Shown here: piece after piece, positions 8,982 through 17,037 of the stretch | How positions within the stretch are numbered: position 1 is the stretch's first letter | Layout: every line of letters begins with the position of its first letter | DNA from: Candidatus Saccharimonadia bacterium | Lineage (GTDB): Bacteria > Patescibacteriota > Saccharimonadia > Saccharimonadales > 2-12-FULL-41-12 | DNA: 64,000 nt | Reading direction: 5' to 3' | NCBI GenBank assembly: GCA_963717365.1 | Contig: OY970327.1 | Location: 395,599 to 459,598 of the forward strand | Notes under the pieces: generated by a model | What the model saw: only the letters and a program-made list of their open reading frames with translations | Told to the model about the DNA's origin: nothing | The model's database searches: none | Translations under genes and position numbers: made by a program

Positions 8982-10034
8982 ATGACCCAGGAAGCAACCA
9001 TACAGCAGATAGTAAACGATTCTGAAATAATTGTAATCGTTCAGGCTGATAATCCTGATGGCGATAGCTTGGCCAGTGCACTAGCTTTGGAGCATATTTT
9101 AAGCGAGGAGGGCAAAACGGTGCATTTATACTGTGCTGCCGAAATACCAAGTTACCTGCGCTATTTGCCCGGCTGGGACCGGGTATCAAACGAATTGCCA
9201 ATTCGTTTTGATGCCAGCATTATTGTAGATACCAGCGCGATAATGCTGTTGGAACAGTTGCAGAAAGCGGGCTCTATTCAATGGCTTAAGGCAAAGCCCT
9301 GCATTATCATTGATCATCATAATGCATCAGAACCTACTATAGATTTCGCAACGGTAGCTTATATTAAGCAAGCTGTGGCCACTGGCGAATTGCTATACGA
9401 ACTTAGCGAGAAACTTAAATGGCCACGCTGCGGCGATGCCAATAATCTGATCGTAACAGCAATTATGTCGGACAGCTTAGGGCTGACCACTGAATCTGTC
9501 ACTGCACGAAGTATACAAATTATCTCTGAATTAGTTGCTCAAGGAGTTAGCATTGCAGCACTAGAAAATTCGCGCCGGTTGATGCAAAAAAAGAGCCCAG
9601 AACTGCTTAAATATAAAGCAGAGCTGTTACTGCGGGTTGATTATAATTCCGACCAGCGAATAGCATCAATCACTATTCCTTGGGAAGAAATTGAAAAGTA
9701 TAGTCACGAGTATAATCCATCAATTCTTGTAATGGATGAGATGCGCATGGTAGAAAGTGTAACGCTTGCAGTAGCCTTCAAAACGTACCCTGATGGTCGT
9801 ATTACCGGCAAACTAAGAGCTAACTATGGCTATCCAGTAGCCGCCGACATTGCAAAGCATTTTGGCGGCGGCGGTCATCCATTAGCCGCTGGCTTTAGAA
9901 TAACCGACGGCCGCTCGCTTAACGACGTAAAGGCCGATTGTATAAGCCATGCCACACAATTACTTGATACACTTAAAAGCGCACAGGATGCCAAAAACGA
10001 TGAAACTACACAATACGCTTACTCGGTCAGTTGA
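8982..10034 (+). CDS. DHH/DHHA1 family phosphoesterase (NrnA-like)
   Basis: Motifs DNPDGDSLAS, IIIDHH and GGGGHPLAAGF. Confidence 0.85.
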   Translation: MTQEATIQQIVNDSEIIVIVQADNPDGDSLASALALEHILSEEGKTVHLYCAAEIPSYLRYLPGWDRVSNELPIRFDASIIVDTSAIMLLEQLQKAGSIQWLKAKPCIIIDHHNASEPTIDFATVAYIKQAVATGELLYELSEKLKWPRCGDANNLIVTAIMSDSLGLTTESVTARSIQIISELVAQGVSIAALENSRRLMQKKSPELLKYKAELLLRVDYNSDQRIASITIPWEEIEKYSHEYNPSILVMDEMRMVESVTLAVAFKTYPDGRITGKLRANYGYPVAADIAKHFGGGGHPLAAGFRITDGRSLNDVKADCISHATQLLDTLKSAQDAKNDETTQYAYSVS

Positions 10035-11412
10035 CCTCTTTACACCACTCAGTGACAACCTGGTTCGCATGTACTCCTGTGGGCCAACTGTTTACGACAA
10101 CTTAACAGTAGGTAATTGGACCGCGTACATTCGCTGGGATGTCCTAGCACGGACTTTAGCTGCCAGTGGCTACGAGCTTGACTGGTATATGAATATCACC
10201 GATGTAGGACATTTGGTTAGTGATGGTGATGAAGGCGAAGACAAATTAGAAAAAGGTGCCCGCCGTGAAGGAAAGACTGCTTGGGAGGTAGCTGATTTTT
10301 ATACCAAAGATTTCTTAAATGGTCTGGATGCTTTAAATATTTCAATTGATCGCCGGAAGTTAATTAAAGCCACTGACCACATTCCTGAGCAAATCGCTCT
10401 TATTCAGGTACTAGAGACAAAAGGCTATACCTACATAATTGATGACGGCGTGTACTTTGATAGCACAAAGTTTGCTGACTATGGCAAAATGGCCCGGCTT
10501 GATCTAAAGGGCCAGCAAGCCGGTAAACGCATAGAAGTTGGCCAAAAGAAAACCGCTTCAGATTTTGCACTTTGGAAATTTTCTCCCGCCGATACATCTC
10601 GCGATATGGAATGGGATAGCCCTTGGGGTAAAGGTTTTCCTGGTTGGCACATTGAGTGTTCGGCCATGGCGATGAAATATCTTGGTAGAACGCTAGATAT
10701 CCATACTGGCGGCATTGATCATATACCCGTTCATCACACCAATGAAATCGCCCAGAGCGAAACAGCTACCGGTAAACAATTTTCCCGTTTTTGGATTCAT
10801 GGCAACTTTTTACAGGTTAATGGAACAAAGATAGCCAAAAGTCTAGGCAACGGCTACACCTTAAACGACATTATTGTTAAAGGGTTTACAGCTCACGACT
10901 TTCGACTTTTAGTGCTGCAAAGCCAGTATCGTACAGAAGCGAATTTTAGTTGGGAAGCATTAGAAGCAGCCCGCAATCGTCTTGGAACGTTACAAGCCTT
11001 TGCCGACTTGCGATTTCAAGCAGTACCAGGCGAATATCAGTATATTGATGTCAACTATAGTGAATTACTAGCAACTGTAGTAGAGCATTTACAAAATGAT
11101 CTTAATACGCCCAAAGCGTTAGAAGTTTTTGCTCATCTAGTAGATATTCGTCCCAGCGGCATTCCCATGCATGAAGTTAAGCCATTTACCCAGTTTATTG
11201 AACAAATCGACACGTTGCTTGGTTTGCAGTTAGGTGTTTCAACAGATATAACGGTTGCTCAAAAACAACTTATTGTCGATCGACAGTCAGCCCGGTCTAA
11301 TAGTGATTGGACTCTGTCTGATACAATTCGAGACACCTTATTAAAAGAAAATATTGCAGTCCGGGACACGCCGCGTGGTCCCGTCTGGTTTCGCGTCTCC
11401 GCTAAAGCCTAG
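10000..11412 (+). CDS. cysS: cysteine--tRNA ligase
   Basis: Start placed at the ATG at 10000 (MKLHNTLTRS...MYSCGPTVYD). Motifs WHIECSAM and a KMSKS-like KIAKSLGN. It overlaps the upstream gene by 35 nt. Confidence 0.92.
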   Translation: MKLHNTLTRSVDLFTPLSDNLVRMYSCGPTVYDNLTVGNWTAYIRWDVLARTLAASGYELDWYMNITDVGHLVSDGDEGEDKLEKGARREGKTAWEVADFYTKDFLNGLDALNISIDRRKLIKATDHIPEQIALIQVLETKGYTYIIDDGVYFDSTKFADYGKMARLDLKGQQAGKRIEVGQKKTASDFALWKFSPADTSRDMEWDSPWGKGFPGWHIECSAMAMKYLGRTLDIHTGGIDHIPVHHTNEIAQSETATGKQFSRFWIHGNFLQVNGTKIAKSLGNGYTLNDIIVKGFTAHDFRLLVLQSQYRTEANFSWEALEAARNRLGTLQAFADLRFQAVPGEYQYIDVNYSELLATVVEHLQNDLNTPKALEVFAHLVDIRPSGIPMHEVKPFTQFIEQIDTLLGLQLGVSTDITVAQKQLIVDRQSARSNSDWTLSDTIRDTLLKENIAVRDTPRGPVWFRVSAKA

Positions 11413-12497
11413 GCTTCGCGCACTTTGGTATCTGAGGGTTTAGTAAAGTGTTCTTCAACCAAAATCTTTATACATCCGGCCAGCGGAATTGCGACAATGG
11501 CTCCAAGAATACCACCAAGACCAATTCCAAGCAGGGCAGAGACAAAGACTAACAAAGGTGTCAAACCGTTACCCCGGGATTGGATATAGGGTTGTATAGT
11601 GACATTTTCTATCTGTTGGTAAATAATAAAATAAATGGCTACTGCAAGGGCTAAGGGAGCTGATACTAGTAGACAGGCCAGCACCACAATTACTGAACCA
11701 AGGATTGTTCCAATTAGAGGGAGTAAGGCAAACAGTGCAATGATGCCACCGAGTGCAATGGCATTAACCGGAGCATTGAATATTTGACTTAGTATAAATA
11801 TAACAATACTGGCAAACAGACCGCCAAGGGCGGCAATCAGCACCTGTCCATTCACGTAGTTTGTAACGACTTTGTACATTCTTTGGGCAATTTCTTTGCG
11901 ATGCGCACGCTTTGTTGCAGGCTGTATACCCCAAAACCGTTTAAGCCACTGCGGACCTTCTACCAACATCATAAAGGTTAAAACTAAAACCACGATTGTG
12001 CTGGCAACAGCGGTACCAATAGCACCAGCCGTTGAAAGAATCGGCTTACCAATATCACCAAATCTGCTACTGAAGTCCGCCGTAAAACGGTCAATCTGCT
12101 CATCTAGATTGTAGCGCGTAACAAAATCATTAATGGGAGAGTTTTCATTTTTATAATCTTGGATAGTGCTAGGTACTTCTTGAATAAAATCTACGGTTTG
12201 TTTAACAAGTGGTGGCACAACAAAGGCTATAAACGCTATTAAAACAGAGAGGACCAGGACATAGGCTACACCCGTTGCACCAACCCGGCTTTTTGAGCGA
12301 AGCATAGTAGCAATTTTAGAAACGGCTGGGTTCAGAGCTAGGGCTAGGAAAAATGAGACAAAGATAAGTGTGAGCGGTTGAATAATGTGCTCGATAAATT
12401 TTAAAGCGATTAAGCAGGCAATAGATAAGACTAGAATGCGAATGACCGTCTTAGACTCGATATTGATAGTTATTTGTTTATCTCTAAAAATACTCAT
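11409..12497 (-). CDS. AI-2E family (PerM/UPF0118) transporter
   Basis: 362 aa with ~8 TM segments and family-typical length and topology. Confidence 0.8.
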   Translation of the reverse strand: MSIFRDKQITINIESKTVIRILVLSIACLIALKFIEHIIQPLTLIFVSFFLALALNPAVSKIATMLRSKSRVGATGVAYVLVLSVLIAFIAFVVPPLVKQTVDFIQEVPSTIQDYKNENSPINDFVTRYNLDEQIDRFTADFSSRFGDIGKPILSTAGAIGTAVASTIVVLVLTFMMLVEGPQWLKRFWGIQPATKRAHRKEIAQRMYKVVTNYVNGQVLIAALGGLFASIVIFILSQIFNAPVNAIALGGIIALFALLPLIGTILGSVIVVLACLLVSAPLALAVAIYFIIYQQIENVTIQPYIQSRGNGLTPLLVFVSALLGIGLGGILGAIVAIPLAGCIKILVEEHFTKPSDTKVREA

Positions 12498-12512
12498 AAT
12501 TACTGGGTATTA

Positions 12513-13643
12513 TCAGCTGATACGGTTACTTTTGCAAGTCTTATACAGCTCTAGCAACTGTTCGGCAACGACAGGGGTATCAAATTGCTTCACTAATATC
12601 TGCTGCTTGCGGTGAATGCTGGCACGTTTTTCCTTGTCTGCCATCAAATCGTAAAGTTGTTCAGCAAATACCGTTGGCCAGTGAGCATCAATAATTGACC
12701 CCGGCACTGGCTCTAGTACACTGCGATAGCCGGGGTTATCACCACCAATTACCACGCCGCTTCCAGCTGCCATAGCTTCTATCAAGACAATGCCAAAACT
12801 TTCGCCAGACAGCGATGGAAAAACAGCTATATCAGCGGCCTGCATCTGTGCGATCTTCTGTTCATGACTTACGAAACCGTGAAAGGTCACAATACCAGAT
12901 AATTTATGTTGTTTGACATACCGTTTAAGCTCAGGTAGCAGGGGGCCACCCCCGCATATGTCTACTTGCAGATGCTCGGGCAGGCAGTTGCTTTGCTGCA
13001 ATATTGCCAGTGCTTTTAGTAACTGTTGGCAGCCTTTACGCGGCACCAAACGGCCAAGAAATAATAGATTGAATGTATCTGGCGACCGCCTGATTGGTTT
13101 AGCTGGTTGAAAAACTGCCAAGGGGACTGAGTTTGGTATTACAGTACTGGTGATTCTAAAGGTTTTTTTGGCAAAGACAGCTGCTGGAGCCGATACGCTC
13201 ACAAACGCGTCAAATCGACGCAGTGAACGCTTTAACCACATGCCAAGCAGTCTTGTACCTCCCACTGAAAGTTTGCCATACGGCAGGATATGAAATGTGC
13301 CTACTACTGCCGTACTTGCATCTGCCAAGCGAACAACTTTGGCACCAAAGAAAGGATGATACGGAATTTGGACGTGCAAAACATCAAATTTTTCTTGTTT
13401 TAGTACTCGTTTAATCTCTTTAGATGATGCAGGCAGAGGATTAGACAGTGTATTGCCGTTGAACCGGACTTTGATATTCTTAGCTAAAGAAAACACTCCT
13501 TCAAGGTCTTTGCGCGATGTTTGTCCTACCAGATAACGAACGTCGTGGCCTGCATTTGCATAGTATGCACCTAACGTGAGTATGTATTGCTGTACGCCGT
13601 CTGGTTTATCCAGCCCGTCATCAAGTACAAAGCCTATTTTCAT
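12513..13643 (-). CDS. glycosyltransferase family 4
   Basis: GT-B C-terminal signature GESFGIVLIEAMAAG and LFLGRLVPRKG. Confidence 0.85.
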   Translation of the reverse strand: MKIGFVLDDGLDKPDGVQQYILTLGAYYANAGHDVRYLVGQTSRKDLEGVFSLAKNIKVRFNGNTLSNPLPASSKEIKRVLKQEKFDVLHVQIPYHPFFGAKVVRLADASTAVVGTFHILPYGKLSVGGTRLLGMWLKRSLRRFDAFVSVSAPAAVFAKKTFRITSTVIPNSVPLAVFQPAKPIRRSPDTFNLLFLGRLVPRKGCQQLLKALAILQQSNCLPEHLQVDICGGGPLLPELKRYVKQHKLSGIVTFHGFVSHEQKIAQMQAADIAVFPSLSGESFGIVLIEAMAAGSGVVIGGDNPGYRSVLEPVPGSIIDAHWPTVFAEQLYDLMADKEKRASIHRKQQILVKQFDTPVVAEQLLELYKTCKSNRIS

Positions 13644-13644
13644 G

Positions 13645-14784
13645 TTACACCTTCTGGGTTGATTTCTTTTTAGCGGCGTGTGCTGCTTTATATAGCATTA
13701 CATACTGATCAACAATTTTGTCGTAGTTATAGCGGGCCACCTCTGTTCGTGCCCAATCCCGCCAGGCTTCCCGTAACACTTCATCCCGAGCCAGTAACGC
13801 TAGCCGACGGGCAAATTCTACCGTATCCTTGGGATTAACCAAAGACAGCTGCCCGCGACCCTTCATTACACCTTCATAACCGGTATTATTTCCAGCTACT
13901 ACCACGCAGCCGCTAGCCATGGCTTCAAGCAATACAATGCCAAAACTTTCGCCGTAGAGGGCAGGGGAGCAAAAAATATTAGCTTCCCGCAACCAACGCA
14001 GCTTGGTTGGCTCATCAATATAACCCAGAAAAGTAACATGCTTAATTTTGTTGTCTTTTACAAATTCTTCTAATCTTTTGCGTTCTGGGCCATCCCCGGC
14101 AATTGTTAATCGAAAATCTGGATGGACCCGATGCAACAGCGCGAAGGCTTCCAGCAGATAACGCAATCCTTTGCGTTTCTCTAAGCGTCCAACATAGAAA
14201 ATTGTTTTATGCACGCTCGGCTCTGGGGGTTGGTCGGCCGGCTTATATTTACTCAGGTCAATGCCATTGCCAATAATATGAATTTTTCGGTTAGTAAGCG
14301 TACGAACATAATTAGTGGCGGTATTAGAAACTGCAGTCATTACATCGACGTAATTTAATAGGGTTTTTGTATAAGGTGTGATTACTTTTTCGACTGTCCG
14401 AGAAGTACGTCGCTCACTCATGGCCGCATGGAAGGTAGCAATATGAATAGCGTCTGAGCGCATCATAATCTGAAGCGAAAGCATTGGATTCCACGGTTCA
14501 TGAAAATGCAAGATATCGAACTTTTCTCGAGCCAGTAGAGCATCTAACCCCGACATGTCTCGGCTGGCAGAAATATCGCCCTGTGTCCGAGCAGCTCGAA
14601 AGGGGACTGAACCGCCGACAAATAAAATATGCCGCGGGACCGATGCTTTTAAGTCTCGTGGTTGCGGTGTAATAATGTAGGCCTCGTGACCACGTGCTTC
14701 AATACCGCTTTGCAGCGCCAAGACAACTTCCTGGACACCACCCCCGCGAAACATATGGTAGGGACAAACTAAGCCTATTTTCAT
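13645..14784 (-). CDS. glycosyltransferase family 4 (paralog of the downstream gene)
   Basis: GESFGIVLLEAMASG and YVGRLEKRKG. It sits in tandem with 12513-13643 with a 1-nt gap. Confidence 0.85.
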   Translation of the reverse strand: MKIGLVCPYHMFRGGGVQEVVLALQSGIEARGHEAYIITPQPRDLKASVPRHILFVGGSVPFRAARTQGDISASRDMSGLDALLAREKFDILHFHEPWNPMLSLQIMMRSDAIHIATFHAAMSERRTSRTVEKVITPYTKTLLNYVDVMTAVSNTATNYVRTLTNRKIHIIGNGIDLSKYKPADQPPEPSVHKTIFYVGRLEKRKGLRYLLEAFALLHRVHPDFRLTIAGDGPERKRLEEFVKDNKIKHVTFLGYIDEPTKLRWLREANIFCSPALYGESFGIVLLEAMASGCVVVAGNNTGYEGVMKGRGQLSLVNPKDTVEFARRLALLARDEVLREAWRDWARTEVARYNYDKIVDQYVMLYKAAHAAKKKSTQKV

Positions 14785-14820
14785 AACTTATTAACAATTA
14801 TAACATCTGGCCTGGCTGGC

Positions 14821-15738
14821 TTAGGCCAATAGCTTACGCAGACGAGGAGGAATATAGGCTTTGGCTTCCTTGGCAGTAGCGATTATAGTCGGCGCATGGT
14901 TCGCCATTACGCTGGGAATCAATTCAAGACTATCAAAAATAATATGCATATGCTGTTCAACAATCTTATGATCAAAATACCGATCGGCCGTAGCCGTAAC
15001 ATGAACAGCTGGCGCCTTAATTTTTTGATTACATACATCAACCGTTAGCATCAGTTTGACCGTGCTCATACGCGTACGTAGATCATTAATCTTCCATAGA
15101 TTACCCTCAAATTCAATCCGGCGGGCAAGTTCTGCTGCGGTTTTAGCGTCTTTCATTTTTTTATGCGATGATTTTACCGACAAATAGACCAGCTTAAGTA
15201 CCGGCCTGGTAAGCACCGTTCTATCCATAAATGCCGCCGGAAACCGTCTGGAAAAAATAGCAGACAGAAGACGTAAGCCCCAATACTCGCGTTTGGAAAA
15301 AATAAAATCATCGCGACGCGCAAAACCTGAAATACTTACAAATAATTCAACTCTACCGACAAGTTCAGGGTATTTTTGCAGTGTTTTTATTATCAACGGA
15401 ACTGAAAATGACATTGCAACAATGGTAACCCTACGCCGTTTGTAATGTAACTTAATGATCGATGCCAGATAGTCAGCATAAACATCAATAGTTGGTTTCT
15501 CGCCAATTTTGTAAAAACTGTCCATTCCGCCAAAGCCTGGCAAATCTGGCATTGTAACACCACCATACGTATTCAGGGCTTCGGCAAAGCCAAACATTCG
15601 CTCTAAACTGGCATGATGCCCGTACAGCAGTAACATTTCTCGTTTTTTACCAGCCGGAGGTGGCATGCGCAACAAACGGCCATTCATACCATTAATATGA
15701 AGTGGGCTGACATATTTTTTTGCCCGAGCGTAAATCAT
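14821..15738 (-). CDS. alpha/beta-hydrolase-like protein
   Basis: LLLYGHHASLERM, PDLPGFG and an elbow-like VAMSFS. The assignment is weak. Confidence 0.5.
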   Translation of the reverse strand: MIYARAKKYVSPLHINGMNGRLLRMPPPAGKKREMLLLYGHHASLERMFGFAEALNTYGGVTMPDLPGFGGMDSFYKIGEKPTIDVYADYLASIIKLHYKRRRVTIVAMSFSVPLIIKTLQKYPELVGRVELFVSISGFARRDDFIFSKREYWGLRLLSAIFSRRFPAAFMDRTVLTRPVLKLVYLSVKSSHKKMKDAKTAAELARRIEFEGNLWKINDLRTRMSTVKLMLTVDVCNQKIKAPAVHVTATADRYFDHKIVEQHMHIIFDSLELIPSVMANHAPTIIATAKEAKAYIPPRLRKLLA

Positions 15739-15750
15739 AATGTAATAAGG

Positions 15751-16611
15751 TTAGTCTATAAGGGCATCTTTGCCAACCCAAACATATTCCCATGACTCAG
15801 GATCCGGGCCCTGGGCGCCGCTGCCTTCTGGATAACTGGGGATCCAGCCAAACGTTTTAGCATGTTCATAATTAGTAGCGCTGAGCCAGTCAAAACAAGT
15901 AGTATACATAAACGAAGTAGTGGGCATATCCTCACATGAAATATCTACCGTGTAACCGGTATGGTGCCTTGAGTAACCAGGGATAGCTGTCATACGCAAG
16001 ACTTGTGATATTTCTGTGTCACGTGTGCCGGCAGCAATTTGACTTACCGGTATGCCTAACTGCGACAGACGTTCATTAAAAATTTGCTTTTGCTCTTCGG
16101 CCGAACGATATGCGGCCGTCAATCCAATGGAAATGCCGTCCTTTTTAGCAGCGGCCACCAAATCAAGCCATGGTTGCGCAGCCCGTTGTTGTAACATATA
16201 GCCGCTACCAACGTCCTGAAAAGCATTGGTAACCGGTGCGCTGCGAAGTTGATAACCGCGAGAAACCGCTATTTCTCGGATCTTTGCATCAGCAGTTTCG
16301 TCACCAGTGATCGGAGTAGTTTCGTCAATCGGTGCCGTATTAGGATAGGCAAAGCTATTATATAAATCCTTAAACTGCAAGCCAGTAAAAATCTTAAGCG
16401 TGCCTTTTTTAGTAATTTCAGTAATATTCTGAGAAGCACTTGCTGCTATAGCATTCTGGGCTGGCGCCTCCGAAGGCTGAGCTTTTAGCAGGCTATACAG
16501 CCCAACTCCAGTAATTGCCAGTACCAATGCTAAGATTACCGGTTTATGCATCCGTCGTTTACGTTTCGGTTCTGGCAGCTGCTGCCGGTTTTTTACATTA
16601 ATTACTCTCAT
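15751..16611 (-). CDS. membrane-anchored M15B (VanY-like) D-Ala-D-Ala carboxypeptidase
   Basis: N-terminal TM helix and the SRHHTGYTVD metal-binding motif typical of the VanY/M15 family. Confidence 0.75.
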   Translation of the reverse strand: MRVINVKNRQQLPEPKRKRRMHKPVILALVLAITGVGLYSLLKAQPSEAPAQNAIAASASQNITEITKKGTLKIFTGLQFKDLYNSFAYPNTAPIDETTPITGDETADAKIREIAVSRGYQLRSAPVTNAFQDVGSGYMLQQRAAQPWLDLVAAAKKDGISIGLTAAYRSAEEQKQIFNERLSQLGIPVSQIAAGTRDTEISQVLRMTAIPGYSRHHTGYTVDISCEDMPTTSFMYTTCFDWLSATNYEHAKTFGWIPSYPEGSGAQGPDPESWEYVWVGKDALID

Positions 16612-16647
16612 AATCTATTACGGTTAAGTATAGCTAAGTCTTGGATT

Positions 16648-16676
16648 TTGCGCCAAACTTTCAAAATTGCTACAAT
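16648..16676 (+). promoter_or_regulatory. candidate promoter for tRNA-Gln
   Basis: TTGCGC (16648-16653), 17-nt spacer, TACAAT (16671-16676), ~50 nt upstream of the tRNA. Confidence 0.4.
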
Positions 16677-16725
16677 ACAGCACTGTTACCAACAGATATA
16701 GAAACATATCTGACAGACCAGCCAA

Positions 16726-16800
16726 TGGGGCGTCGCCAAGTGGTAAGGCACCAGTTTTTGGTACTGGCATTCGGGGGTTCGAATCCCTCCGCCCCAGCCA
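16726..16800 (+). tRNA. tRNA-Gln (anticodon TTG), CCA encoded
   Basis: Hand-folded cloverleaf: TGGGGCG/CGCCCCA acceptor (U1:A72), anticodon arm CCAGT-TTTTGGT-ACTGG, T arm GGGGG-TTCGAAT-CCCTC, G73-CCA. It is close to the E. coli tRNA-Gln pattern. Confidence 0.9.
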
Positions 16801-16801
16801 A

Positions 16802-16838
16802 TTAAATAAGCTTAGCTTCTGCTAGGCTTATTTAATTT
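16802..16838 (+). terminator. long hairpin/terminator after tRNA-Gln
   Basis: 15-bp stem TTAAATAAGCTTAGC/GCTAGGCTTATTTAA (one G-U pair), loop TTCT, followed by TTT. Confidence 0.55.
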
Positions 16839-16841
16839 ACA

Positions 16842-16958
16842 GGAGGGAAGCGAACCCGCAGGGTTCGGCGAACGAGGAACTGAGCTAAAACCAAGCTTGC
16901 TTGGCTTTAGCGAGTACCGCAGGAAGAAGCACAGGCAAAGCCTGTGCGCCATCCCTCC
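16842..16958 (+). other. GC-rich structured element (four-way junction) of unknown function
   Basis: Closing stem GGAGGGA (16842-16848)/TCCCTCC (16952-16958) encloses three hairpins at 16851-16867, 16884-16911 and 16929-16947. It is much more GC-rich than its flanks. Confidence 0.3.
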
Positions 16959-16964
16959 GCCCCA
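16951..16964 (+). repeat. 14-bp direct repeat of the tRNA-Gln 3' end (att-like scar)
   Basis: ATCCCTCCGCCCCA occurs at 16783-16796 inside the tRNA and again at 16951-16964. Confidence 0.7.
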
Positions 16965-17037
16965 ATCGTAGGTACTCATTATTTATCAATGAACTACTAG
17001 TAAACACCTTTTAAGCCAGATATAATGCTAGGAAATT

